Assembly: GCA_951406725.2 (NCBI GenBank)
Contig: OX597824.1
Coordinates: 91,264,001 to 91,328,000, forward strand
Origin: Octopus vulgaris
Taxonomy: Eukaryota
Direction: 5' to 3'
Length of the DNA stretch: 64,000 nucleotides
Part shown: piece after piece, positions 14,962 through 29,830 of the stretch
How the letters are laid out: each line of letters opens with the position of its first letter
Position numbering within the stretch: the first letter of the stretch is position 1
Position numbers and translations under genes: made by a program
Notes under the pieces: model-generated
What the model was told of the DNA's origin: nothing
Database searches by the model: none
The model's input: only the letters and a program-made list of their open reading frames with translations

Positions 14962-15600
14962 CTCTCTTTACTTGTTTCAGTCATTTGACTGCGGCCATGC
15001 TGGAGCACCGCCTTTAGTCGAGCAAATCGACCCCGGGACTTATTCTTTGTAAGCCTTGTACTTATCCTATCGGTCTCTTTTGCCGAACTGCTAGATTACG
15101 GGGATGTAAACACACTAGAATCGGTTGTCAAGCGATGTTGGGGGGTTGGGAGGTTGTTCAGGGTGCCACCTTGGGCTATAGCCTCGGATCGACCAAAGCC
15201 TTGTGAGTGGATTTAGTAGACGGGAACTGAAAGAAGTCCGTCGTATATATGTATATATATATGTTATGTATGTATGTATGTATGTATGTATGTATGTATG
15301 TATGTATGTATGTATATATGTATGTATGTATGTATGTATATATGTATGTATGTATATATGTATGTATATCTATATGTATATGTATGTATGTACTTGTGTG
15401 TTCGCCCTCTCCCTATCGCTTGGCTCCGATATTGGTGTGTTTACGTCCCCGTAACTTAGCACTTCGGCAAATGAGACATAAAAGAGGCAAAATAGAATAA
15501 GTACTAGGCTTACAAAGAATAAGTCCTGGGGCCGATTCGTTCGAGTAAAATGCGGTGCTCCAGCATGGCCGCAATCAAATGACCGAAACAAGTAAAAGAA
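14962..15600. mobile_element. Two SINE family A copies in opposite orientation
   Basis: Minus-strand 3' half at 14962-15140 and a plus-strand copy at about 15160-15600. Confidence 0.8.
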
Positions 15601-16120
15601 CAAAAGAAAGAATATATATATAAAAAAATAAACGTGTAAATAATAGATCCTACGACGGGATTCATTGTTATGCTTTGGCAGGAAATTTGCTGTAAGTCAA
15701 AATAAATTGTGCAATTTCATTGAGGAAGAAACTCAGATCCAGAGAGACAGACGTATTTGTGTAATGACTCATGAACGCAATCATATATTTATGATAAACA
15801 CACAGGTATACGTTTTAATATTTAATATTCTATTAGTCAGAAGCGGAAAGGTAACACGCGTAACCGTTCTTTTTTTTTCTTTCTTTTTTTTCAGAGTTTA
15901 CGAGAATGGTAAGGAAGAGGGTAAATTAACCTGAAATCGATTATTTTGCAATGGTATGGACTCTGCTTGGGGGACACGTAATCGAGAAGTTAGGTGAGGG
16001 TGTTAGACCGAGCGATTGGTTAGCGCTACCACCTGAAAAAAAAGGCACCGACGCTCTGAATGGTATCAAAACAGCTTCCTTCCAATAAATTTCACTTGTA
16101 ATAAAATGGTCGACATCTAA

Positions 16121-16738
16121 GGTGACGAGCTGGCAGAATCGTTAGCACGTCGGTCGAAATGCTTAGCGGTATTTCATCTGTCTTTACGTTCTGAGTTCAA
16201 ATTCATCCTTTCGGGGTCGATAAATTAAGTACCAGTTACGCACTGAGGTCGATGTCATCGATTTAATCCGTTTCTCTGTCCTTGTTTGTCCTCTCTGTGT
16301 TTAGCCCCTTGTGGGTAGTAAAGAAATAGGTATTTCGTCTGTCTTTACGTTCTGAGTTCAAATTCCACCGAGGTCGACTTTGCCTTTCATCCTTTCAGGG
16401 TCGATAAATTAAGTACCAGTTACGCATTGGGGTCGATATAATCAACTTAATCCGTTTGCCTGTCCTTGTTTGTCCTCTCTGTGTTTAGCCCCTTGTGTGT
16501 AGTAAAGAAATAGGTATTTCGTCTGCCGCTACGTTCTGAGTTCAAATTCCACCGAGGACGACTTTTCCTTTCATCCTTTCGGAGTCGATAAATTAAGTAC
16601 CAGTTACACATTGAGGTCGATCTAATCGACTTAATACCTTTGTCTGTCATTGTCTGTCCCCTCTATGTTTAGCCCCTTGTGGGCAATAAAGAAATAAGAA
16701 TCGTTAGCACGCCAGGCAAAATGCTTAGCGGTATTTTA
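16121..16738 (+). mobile_element. Tandem multimer of MetaSINE-like SINE (about 3.5 units of about 180 bp)
   Basis: Repeated GAGTTCAAATTCC..GAGGTCGACTTTGCCTTTCATCCTTTCGGGGTCGATAAATTAAGTACCAG (Meta-domain-like)...GCCCCTTGTGGGYARTAAAGAAA. Confidence 0.85.
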
Positions 16739-17274
16739 TTGCTAACTTCCTTTACGTATATAAAAGACACTGACACACATAAACACATACCTGTTATTAT
16801 ACAAATTCATGTCTCAAATCCATTAGTCGGCAGTTAATTTGTTACTGTTTAATTAATTGGAATTTTGCAATTATCCCTCTTCTCTAATTGTCCAGAATTC
16901 ATAATTAAGCTTAATTGGTTTTTATTTTCAGTATTTGAATAATTCTAATTATATAAAAATCTTTTGGTACAACACATGAAGTATGTTAGCACCCAACTTG
17001 TATGTACGTATGTACGTATCTGTGTGTGTATGTATGTATGTATGTATGTATGTATGTATGTATGTATGTATGTATGTATGTATGTATGTATGTATGTATG
17101 TATGTATGTCATTATTCAGTTTTATTTCAAGATTTCATGCCAATAGAGTCGGTTTCTAACCTAAGTCCAGGGTTCCTTTATTGAAATTTCAACATCAGCA
17201 GAGTATTTTTATATGTATGTATGTATTTATATACGTATATATGTATGTATGTATGCATCCCTCCCTCCGAAAGT

Positions 17275-17500
17275 AACAGCTTTACGGTGATCTACAACTC
17301 GGAAAACGTTCTCAGAACAAACCGAGAAAGATATACGATGACAGCATCAAGAACAACCTCAAAGAGCTGGCGTTTGATATAAACAATTGGGAGGAGATGG
17401 TTCTAAGCAAGATTGAGAGGAGAAAACGCAAAAAAAAGCAAAAAAAAACAGACGTAAAGCTATCGAAAAATGGCCGTCTGAGCATCACAAGCGTCAAATC
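17275..17500 (+). pseudogene. Decayed RTE (BovB-like) LINE ORF C-terminal fragment
   Basis: Hand translation QLYGDLQLGKRSQNKPRKIYDDSIKNNLKELAFDINNWEEMV matches the RTE motif LYGEL..GKR..G...RYKD..K..L......WE. Confidence 0.65.
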
Positions 17501-17586
17501 CTGCGAGATGATGTTCACAATATCGACGAAACCATCAACAGCAGGACATGCAAAAACTTCCATCATATATAAATGAATACACACAA

Positions 17587-17685
<99 letters not shown>

Positions 17686-17872
17686 ATATGGAAGACTGGA
17701 GCTCGCCAAATTATTTATATTTCATGGATCACATTCGTTCCGACAGTTCTGTGTTGACTAATCCTACGTCCTGTTTATAAACCTGTTCACAATTCATGAT
17801 TTAGTCACTTCCGCTGTGCAAACACATCATTCACAGAAACGCTTCTTCGGGAACTCATAAAAAAAAAAAAAA

Positions 17873-17906
<34 letters not shown>

Positions 17907-18004
17907 GGGAATGCATACAATGCCCTTCTCTGCCCTAGGTGTATGGAAAACACTCGGCGAGAAACGGAAGAAAATTTGAAGAAAGAAGGAAAAACATCAT
18001 CATC

Positions 18005-18054
<50 letters not shown>

Positions 18055-18463
18055 TATGAGAAAATGTTTGGCCATTTCATCTAAACACAGTATGGGGAAT
18101 TCATCAACATTTATGGTGGGCGGTTCTAAGAAATATATTTTTATCGATAAAATAACAGGAAGAAAAAATATAAAAAAGACAAAATAAGAAAAAACGCAAA
18201 TATTCAGCTCCGTTCGACGTTGACTGTTTGTCACGTGAGCGCTGTCTGGGCTCCCGGAGCGCTTTCGTGTATCAATGGAACTGATCCGAGACAATCTGGC
18301 GCACTTATTATTTATACTCTATGGTAAATACTTAATTTGTGGATTTTCAAGTTGTTAGGAAAATAGTTTCATTTAGGAATTCCTCATGTTTTAATTTTCC
18401 GATCGCCCCGCTGTCAGTAGAAGTACTTCCCAAACTAAACGCCCGGATTATAGTATTCTTACA

Positions 18464-18566
<103 letters not shown>

Positions 18567-18575
18567 TTTCGAAAT

Positions 18576-19234
<659 letters not shown>

Positions 19235-19251
19235 AGGATATATATTGCATC

Positions 19252-19318
<67 letters not shown>

Positions 19319-19333
19319 CATATATATATATAC

Positions 19334-19439
<106 letters not shown>

Positions 19440-19525
19440 GAGGATAATATCGATATTTAAGTGTCGAAATTATCAAGTGGCCAGCATGAAAGAAATACCT
19501 TACAAAGGTAAAAAAATTTTTTAAC

Positions 19526-20089
19526 AATTAAAAATGAGGGTGTCTAAAAGACACCAACATGCCGAAGTAGCAGTCGAAACACTGACTATAGTACCACGTT
19601 AAATGTTCATATCGCACCATGAGGTAAAGCGGAGGGACAAAACATACAAGCAAAAATTATTGAATAATTCAAGATCCAAGGATTTCTGGTTCTGCTTTAG
19701 ATAAGCTTTACCGTCATCAATTGAATATATCAAGGGTACATCAATACAGATATATATATGCACAGCAAACGATATACTTACATATACGAGCGCCGCACAT
19801 ACATACATATGCACGTATGGACACAGCCAGTTTGAATCGCCCGCCAAATCACCGCATAAGTACGATATGGTTACGATATTGATGTACCCTTGATATATTC
19901 AATTGATGACGGTAAAGCTTATCTAAAGCAGAACCAGAAATCCTTGGATCTTGAATTATTCAATAATTTTTGCTTGTATGTTTTGTCCCTCCGCTTTACC
20001 TCATGGTGCGATATGAACATTTAACGTGGTACTATAGTCAGTGTTTCGACTGCTACTTCGGCATGTTGGTGTCTTTTAGACACCCTCAT

Positions 20090-20097
<8 letters not shown>
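19526..20097. repeat. 221-bp inverted repeat (19526-19746 / 19877-20097) with 130-bp spacer; each arm carries a hammerhead motif
   Basis: The arms read as exact reverse complements by eye; flanked by (TA)n. Confidence 0.93.
19898..19955 (+). ncRNA. Type-I hammerhead ribozyme motif, C3U variant (mirror copy at 19668-19725, minus strand)
   Basis: TTCAA-TTGATGA-C-GGT...ACC-A-GAAA-TCC-TT-GGA-TC-TTGAA: stems I, II and III form, with an AUC cleavage triplet. Confidence 0.6.
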
Positions 20098-20144
<47 letters not shown>

Positions 20145-20402
20145 TGAAGCGATTTAGAGCGACACCAATATTTTCTGCTTAGAAAGAAAGGTAGAAATTA
20201 TGTAAAACATCTTATTTAATTGTCACTGTGGGATTAAAACTGTGTGATTATGTAAACGAAAATAAATAGATAAATAAAAAAAAATTGAAATTGCTCTTTC
20301 CCTGATGAAGAGCGAAGTAGACTAGAAACCAGTTAAAACAACCCACGCATTTTCTGCCCAGAAAGAAAAAAAAACTTAGTGTAAAATGTTTATCTTTTAT
20401 AT

Positions 20403-20797
20403 TTTACTTGTTTCAGTCATTAGACTACGGCCATACTGGGGCACCATCATAGAGAATTTTTAGTCGAATGAATTGACTCCGCCATTTATTTTATTTTAAA
20501 AACCTGGTACTTGTCCTATCGGTCACTATTGCCGAACTGCTAGTTTACGGGGACGTAAACACACCAACATCGGTTGTCAAGTGGTAGTGAGGAACAAACA
20601 AAGCCACGAAGACATACGCACATATATATGTATACGCACGGCAGGCTTCTTTTAGTTTCCTTCTGCCAAATCCACTCACAAAGCTTTGTTCGACTCGAGG
20701 CTATAGCAGAAAAATCTTGGCCAAGGTATCGCGCAGTGGAACTGATCTCGGAACCATGGTTTTGGAAAGCAAACTTCTTTCCACATAGCCACGCCTA
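20403..20797 (-). mobile_element. SINE family A, diverged full-length copy
   Basis: Reverse complement of the family A consensus. Confidence 0.82.
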
Positions 20798-21014
20798 TTT
20801 ACTTTTCATTGTGTTTTTATGTAAAAAAGAAAAAGAAAAAAGAAAAGAAAACGAAAACAGTTCACTGAAATTTTAATTTGTCCATGAATGAAGACACGCA
20901 AACACGTAAGAAGTAAGCATGTGTACTTAGGCTTGCATAAGTATTTACGTGTGAATTGCTCTGGGTATACAACACAATGTACCTGCATATAATACAATAT
21001 ACCTGCATACAAAA

Positions 21015-21840
21015 GCGGTGAGCTGGCAGAAACGTTAGCACGCCAGGCGAAATGCTAAGCGATATTTCGTCTGTCTTTATGTTCTGAGTTCAAATTCCGC
21101 CGAGGTCGACTTTGCCTTTCATCCTTTTCGGGGTTGATTAAATAAGTACCAGTTACGCACTGGGGTCGATGTAATCGACTTAATTTCTTTGTCTGTCCTT
21201 GTTTTTCTCCTCTGTGTTTAGCCCCTTGTGGGTAGTAAAGAAATAGATATTTCGTCCGTCTTTACGTTTTGAGTTCAAATTCTGCCGAGGTCGACTTTGC
21301 CTTTCATCCTTTCGGGGTCGATAGATTAAGTACCAGTTACGCACTGGGTCGATGTAATCGAGTTAATCCCTTTGTCTGACCTTGTCTGTCCCCTCTATGT
21401 TTAGCTCCTTGTGGGCAATAAAGAAATAAGAAACGTTAGCACGCCGGGTGAAATGCCTAGCGATATTTCGTCTGTCTTTATGTTCTGAGTTCAGATTCCG
21501 CCGAGGTCGACTTTTCCTTTCATCCTTTCGGGATCGATAAGTTAAGTACCAGTGGCATACTAGGGTCGATCTAATCGACTGGCCCACTCCCCCAAAATTT
21601 CGGGCCTTGTACCTGCATATAATACAATATACGTGCATAAAAAGGCGGCGAGCTGGCAGAAACGTTAGCACGCCGGGCGAAATGCCTAGCGATATTTCGT
21701 CTGCCGCTACGTTCTGAGTTCAAATACTGCCGAGGTCGACTTTGCCTTTCATCCTTTCGGGATCGATAAATTAAGTACCAGTGGCATGCTAGGGTCGATC
21801 AAATTGATTGGCACCCTCCCCCAAAATCTCAGGCCTTCTA
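21015..21840 (+). mobile_element. Tandem multimer of MetaSINE-like SINE (about 4 units)
   Basis: Same units as 16121-16738. Confidence 0.85.
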
Positions 21841-22226
21841 CCTGCACATAAAAAAACAGTATACGTACATACAAAATACTTCACCACTCACACACAAAAC
21901 AGAAATCTGCATTGAAAACCTCAGCCCTTACCTCCATCGCCCACAGAAAATAACACAAATAAATCAATGCATAATATAAAATAACAAGAAAATACCACAA
22001 AGCCAAGAGTGGTTTGTCATTAACAAGTATTCCATGTATGAGTCAACTGTCGTGAGACGTGTCCTGTGAAAAATTTCTCTGTCCGTCTTTCTTTTCAGGC
22101 TGTATGTGAATGCAAAGGCGTCTTGGCAAGGCTGTCTTTCTCACAATCCGGGACACGGCATTCATTCACGATTATACAGACGTATCGGCTCATTCACTCA
22201 GTCGCTCATTCACTTAATTTGCACAA

Positions 22227-22229
<3 letters not shown>

Positions 22230-22264
<35 letters not shown>

Positions 22265-22699
22265 TGTGTGTGTGTGTGTGCGTGTGCGTGCGTGTGTGTG
22301 TGTGTGAGTGTGTGTTTATATCCTCACATGTATACTTTAATGTTTGTCTATCAATCTACATTATGTATGTATGTATGTATGTATGTATGTATGTATGTAT
22401 GTGTGTATGTATTTATCTATGTATGTATGTATGTATGTATGTATGTATGTATGCATGTATGTATGTATGTATGTATGTATGTATCTATCTATCTATCTAC
22501 CTACCTATGTATGTATGTATATATGTATGTATGTATGTATCTATCTATTTATGTATGTATCTATATGTATGTATGTATGTATGTATGTATATATGTATGT
22601 ATCTATCTATCTATTTATGTATGTATCTATCTATCTATCTATTTATGTATGTATGTATGTATGTATGTATGTATCTATCTATCTATTTATGTATGTATC

Positions 22700-22731
<32 letters not shown>

Positions 22732-22737
22732 TGTATG

Positions 22738-22768
<31 letters not shown>

Positions 22769-22894
22769 TTATCTTTCTATCTACCTACCTACCTCTGTAT
22801 GTATGTATGTATGTATGTATGTATGTATCTATCTATCTATTTATTCTCCCTGTACATGTGTATCTACTCAAGTACATTTTATTTGCTCACACAC

Positions 22895-22964
<70 letters not shown>

Positions 22965-23135
22965 CTTATATAACGCAGCATGTATGTCAGTGTGTATACG
23001 CATTACACACACACAAATATACATACAATTATACATATATACGCACACATATACACATATACATACATATAAGCACACACGCATATATGTGTATATATAT
23101 TTATATTTATGTGTGTGCGCATGTATGTGTGTGTG
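22230..23135. repeat. Compound (TG)n/(TATG)n/(TATC)n/(TA)n microsatellite
   Basis: Direct reading. Confidence 0.95.
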
Positions 23136-23249
23136 GTTAGAAATAGACGTAATTCACAACACAGCACCATACGATATATACTTTTGAAAATCTAATGTGA
23201 AACCGGTAAGATATATGCCTATATGTTAAAATATAGTTAAATTCTAAGT

Positions 23250-23340
23250 GTCTTTAGGCAAGTGTCTTCTTTTATAGCCTCGGGCCAACCAAAGCCTTGT
23301 GAGTGGATTTGGTAGACAGAAACTGAAAGCAGCCCGTTGT

Positions 23341-23400
<60 letters not shown>

Positions 23401-23590
23401 GTATGTATGCATGTGAATGTGTGTTTGTGTTTGTGTTTCTGTGTTTGTACCTCCACCATCCCTTGACAACCGATGGTGGTGTGTTTATGTCCCCGTAACT
23501 TCACGGTTCCGCAAAAGAGTACGATAGAATAAGTACTAGGCTCACAAAGAATAAGTCCTGGGGTCGATTTCCTCGACTAAAGGCAGTGGT
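23250..23590 (+). mobile_element. SINE family A, truncated at both ends
   Basis: Body matches 34580-35030. Confidence 0.82.
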
Positions 23591-23684
23591 ATACATATAT
23601 ATATATATATATATATATGACCGAAACCGGTACTGAAAGATTCACTATAAAATTATCTTAGCATTTTCTATTTTTGACTTGTTT

Positions 23685-23731
<47 letters not shown>

Positions 23732-23732
<1 letters not shown>

Positions 23733-23977
23733 TGTTGTGTCTGGGGAGAGTCATTTTCTTTTTGTGCCTTATAATTTAACACACTCACCGGTAAGATTTC
23801 CACTTATTTCTTATTTTTATTTTCCTAAAATTTTCGTTGCATCTTGCAACCTTTACAATAGATTGCATGACGCAACGAAAATTTTTGAAAAGTAAAAAGA
23901 AGGAAGTGGAAATTTTACCGGTGAGTGTGTTAAATTATAAAGCACAAAAAGAAAATGACTCTCTCCAGACACAACAG
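23732..23977. repeat. Imperfect fold-back (about 120-bp arms) inserted in (TA)n
   Basis: CTGTTGTGTCTGGGGAGAGTCATTTTC... pairs with ...GAAAATGACTCTCTCCAGACACAACAG. Confidence 0.88.
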
Positions 23978-24025
23978 AATATGCTTCAACACACGAATTC
24001 ACATAAAGAATCTTGCAAACCAAAA

Positions 24026-24085
<60 letters not shown>

Positions 24086-24233
24086 TACATATGCATTATA
24101 ACTGATTTGTAACACTTAAAGTGTCACCAGCACAAAAAGTCGTTCAAATGCTAAATATTGAATTAACTCAAAGGCATATATTGAATAGTATTGTTTCGTC
24201 TATACACCTATCTTTCTACCTATCTATCTATGC

Positions 24234-24279
<46 letters not shown>

Positions 24280-24722
24280 TTCTTTTTTTTCTTTTTATTC
24301 TTTTTATTTTATTCAATTTTATTTTTTTTGTTTTTGTTCTTTTCTTCCCTTTTACGATCCCTCTTGATCGAAAACCTACGCCACCCCCTTTTTTTTCTTT
24401 TGTTTTTTGTTCTCTTCATCCCCCAAAAGAAAAGCTCTACCTTGTAACTTGTCCCATCTGTGTGCAGCCCTGTGTGGCCAATAAAGAAACTTATCTATCT
24501 ATCTATCAAGTGTGCGTGAGCGTGTGTGTGTGTGTGTGTGTTTGTGTGTGTGTGCATGTTTGTTTACATTATTGCTGCAAGACACCCACACACACATAAT
24601 TCAAATTCTCTGCTGTCAAATGCCTTGACTTTTATTATTTATAATGTGCAGACACCAAGACCTTATGACTAATGCATGATATAAAATATGTATCATATGA
24701 TATATACGTGTGTGTGTAATTA

Positions 24723-24754
<32 letters not shown>

Positions 24755-24844
24755 ATTCAAATGTAGAGAAAACAAAAGACAGAGACAGGTGAGGGAGCAA
24801 CAAGCAGGTGTATTAGTTTGACGCTTGGGAAAAAATCGAGAAGT

Positions 24845-24880
24845 TTTTGACGTTTCGTGTCTATGCTCTTCGACAGAAAG
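24845..24880 (-). ncRNA. Hammerhead-like motif, CUGUCGA (A6U) family, degenerate stem II
   Basis: CTTT-CTGTCGA-A-GAGC-ATAG-ACAC-GAAAC-GTC-AAAA. Confidence 0.5.
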
Positions 24881-24972
24881 GGATGAAAAAGAAAAACGAA
24901 GAGAGAGAAAATGTATGAGGCATATAGATACACACACACACACCTTCATAGATAGATATGTTGATATATATG

Positions 24973-25038
<66 letters not shown>

Positions 25039-25157
25039 CGTGAGTGTGTATGTGCCTTTGTGTTTATGTGTGCGTTTTGATATATGACTGTATACATTTA
25101 AGTATGTATTATGTATATATGTCTCTCTCTCACTCTCTCTCTTTTTCTCTCTCTCTC

Positions 25158-25201
<44 letters not shown>

Positions 25202-25257
25202 GACAGACAGACAGACAGAGACAGAGATATATATACACACATACATACTTAAATGCA

Positions 25258-25291
<34 letters not shown>

Positions 25292-25327
25292 AAAATGCAC
25301 ACATAAACACAGACTCACATACACACT

Positions 25328-25358
<31 letters not shown>

Positions 25359-25996
25359 TCACACGTACATATATACTTCATTTAAACAAAATCGAACTAA
25401 GTGACATAACTCAGAGCGGCGCCTACTGGAATGTGAACGAACAACATCGACAAATACAGGTTTGACAAACACCATACAACATTTATTTTATGCTTGATTT
25501 ATCAAAATTGTCTCCGCCTTTTGAGGATGTCTCACAATTACCATAATTAGGCAAATTTATAACCAGCTCCACATGTGAAGGGAAGATGACCTCAAAAATA
25601 TAAATATACATGTGTATAGATATGATAATTGTTGCAAATGTTACTAATAATTAATATCTCTCTCTCTCTCTCTGTCTCTCTCTCCCCCTCTCTCTTTCTG
25701 TCAGTGTTTGTTCCCTCTTTAACCCTTGACAACCGGTATTGGTTTGTTTACGTCTCCGCAACACAGCGTTTCGGCAAAAGGGTCCGATTAAATACTAAAA
25801 TTTAAACATAAGTGCAAGGGGTAGATTTGTTCGACTAAAAATCTTCAAGGTGGTGCCCCCAGCATGGCCGCGCCCCAATGGCTGGAGCAAATAAAAGATA
25901 CCCCGTACAAAACCCCTTTGAAATATCATTCAATTTAGAAAGTGTATAATGAGATCTGCCACATTCGTTCCATCCCATGAAATATATTTGTGAAAT

Positions 25997-26047
25997 AGGG
26001 GTGCGTCTTATGCAGGGGTGCGTCTTATACGCTGGGAAATACAGTAA
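25997..26047 (-). mobile_element. Tc1/mariner-superfamily (pogo/Tc2-like) terminal inverted repeat fragment
   Basis: The reverse complement is TACTGTATTTCCCAGCGTATAAGACGCACCCC, with a duplicated TAAGACGCACCCC subterminal motif. Confidence 0.5.
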
Positions 26048-26085
26048 TTTCTTTCAGTTCTATATTCAAGTGATGAGGAATTATG

Positions 26086-26244
26086 TACATTATTTAAATT
26101 CTTTACATTTGACAGATATTTGTCCTCATCTTGTTTGTTGTCAACACAACGTTTCGGCTGATATACCCTCCAGCCATCATCAAGTGTCTTGGGGAAATTT
26201 CGAACCTGGGTTCTCATTCCTAAGGTATTTTTCAATGTTGTTAT

Positions 26245-26301
<57 letters not shown>

Positions 26302-26597
26302 CACTACTACTACTGTCACTACTACTACAACTATTATTATTATTATTATTAAGATTACTGCCTGTAATCGAACTCGGAATCTTGGGGTTAGTAGCCCGCG
26401 CTCTTAACCACTACGCCATATGCCCATGGGCATATAATAATAACATCGAAAAATACCTTAAGGAATGAGAACCCCGGTTCGATATTTCCCCCAAGACACC
26501 CGATGAAGGCTGGAGGGTATATCAGCCGAAATGTTGTGTTAACAACAAATAAGATGAAGACAAATATCCGTCGAATGTAAGTAATGTAAATAATGTA
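26086..26597. mobile_element. tRNA-headed hammerhead element with an inverted duplication of its HHR-bearing segment
   Basis: IR arms 26086-26246 / 26435-26597 flank (CTA)n(TTA)n and a minus-strand tRNA-like head (about 26350-26425). HHR motifs at 26143-26188 (-) and 26495-26540 (+). Confidence 0.82.
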
Positions 26598-26880
26598 ATT
26601 TCTTCGCATGGAATTACCAAACATTAAAGATTATTACTGAAATGCTTAGTAAAGATAATCGTGTTCTGAAAGGATTTCTGGTACAAATGTAAATTTATAA
26701 TCTGGTTAGAGAAGCTGAAGAATTCGAAGCGATGTTTGTTCATAAATGTTCTCGATTCTCGATGATTTTGAATGACATGTTTACGTCTTCGGAGAAGCTA
26801 ATCTCCACATGATACGCAGATACGCCCTCGCTCACACACGCGCATATACATATATGCACATACACACATATTTATATGCT

Positions 26881-26917
<37 letters not shown>

Positions 26918-27007
26918 GTACGTATGTATTTATGTATGTGCGTATGAATACATGTATATAAGTATGTATGGATACATGTAAATGCGTACATATACACATG
27001 TAACTTG

Positions 27008-28355
<1,348 letters not shown>

Positions 28356-28656
28356 TGTCTATGTTTGTCCACTACCACCACCGCTTGATAACCGGTGCAG
28401 GTGTGATTACGTCCCATAACATAGCGTTTCAGCAAAAGAGTCCAATAGAATATGTACGAGGCTTTCAAACAGAAATAAAAACAGTGGTTGATTCGTTCGA
28501 CTAAAATTTTTCAAGGTAGAGCCCCAGCGTGGCCGCAATCTAATCACTGAAACAATAACAGAAAAGATAAAAAGATGTATAGAAAATATAAAGTCTTTTA
28601 CTCTTTTACTAGTTTCACTTCAAGGGCTGCGGCCATAGTGGAGCATCACCAAAAAG

Positions 28657-28662
28657 AAAAAA
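28657..28662 (-). terminator. RNA polymerase III T6 terminator of tRNA-Gln
   Basis: TTTTTT 8 nt downstream of the tRNA 3' end on the minus strand. Confidence 0.75.
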
Positions 28663-28670
28663 GAAATCTT

Positions 28671-28742
28671 AGGTTCTACCGAGACTCGAACTCGGATCGC
28701 TGGATTCAGAGTCCAGAGTGCTAACCATTACACCATAGAACC
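28671..28742 (-). tRNA. trnQ-CUG: tRNA-Gln (anticodon CTG)
   Basis: GGTTCTATGGTGTAATGGTTAGCACTCTGGACTCTGAATCCAGCGATCCGAGTTCGAGTCTCGGTAGAACCT (72 nt): acceptor GGTTCTA/TAGAACC, anticodon stem CTGGA/TCCAG, T-stem CCGAG/CTCGG, intact A and B boxes. Confidence 0.96.
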
Positions 28743-28944
28743 TGTCACGTCAACCGCTTTCTGTTATAAAATGTTAATGTGAATTTATTATGCGATTAGA
28801 ATAACCGTACGGCTGAAATTTGAGGCCAAGAAACTGCACACTGTTATAAAGCATGATAGCATGTTTTCTCGTTTCTTTGTTATAAAACTATATCAGGCGT
28901 TTGTATTTTAAGGGAATGGCTTTTATGAAATCCTTCCATAGGTG

Positions 28945-29610
<666 letters not shown>

Positions 29611-29629
29611 ATTAATATTCAATGAATTC

Positions 29630-29830
29630 AAGGCAGCGAGCTGGCAGAAACGCGACCGTACCGGGCAAAATGCTCAGCGATATGTCGTCTGTCTTTACGT
29701 TCTGAGTTCAAATTCCGCCGACGTTGACTTTGACTTTTATCCTTTCGGGGTCGATAAAATAAGCACTGGGGCCGATGTAATTGACTTGCCCGCTCCCTCG
29801 AAATTACTGGCTTTCTACCAAAATTTGAAA
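29630..29830 (+). mobile_element. MetaSINE-like SINE monomer
   Basis: GGCAGCGAGCTGGCAGAAACG...GAGTTCAAATTCCGCCG...ATCCTTTCGGGGTCGATAAA. Confidence 0.8.

Noticed and set aside
16121-16738. CRISPR-like array
   Set aside because: Whole units repeat with no unique spacers; eukaryotic SINE multimer; no cas genes.
22080-22190. Possible exon after the polypyrimidine acceptor TTTTCAG
   Set aside because: No recognisable protein in any frame, weak donor and no partner exons.
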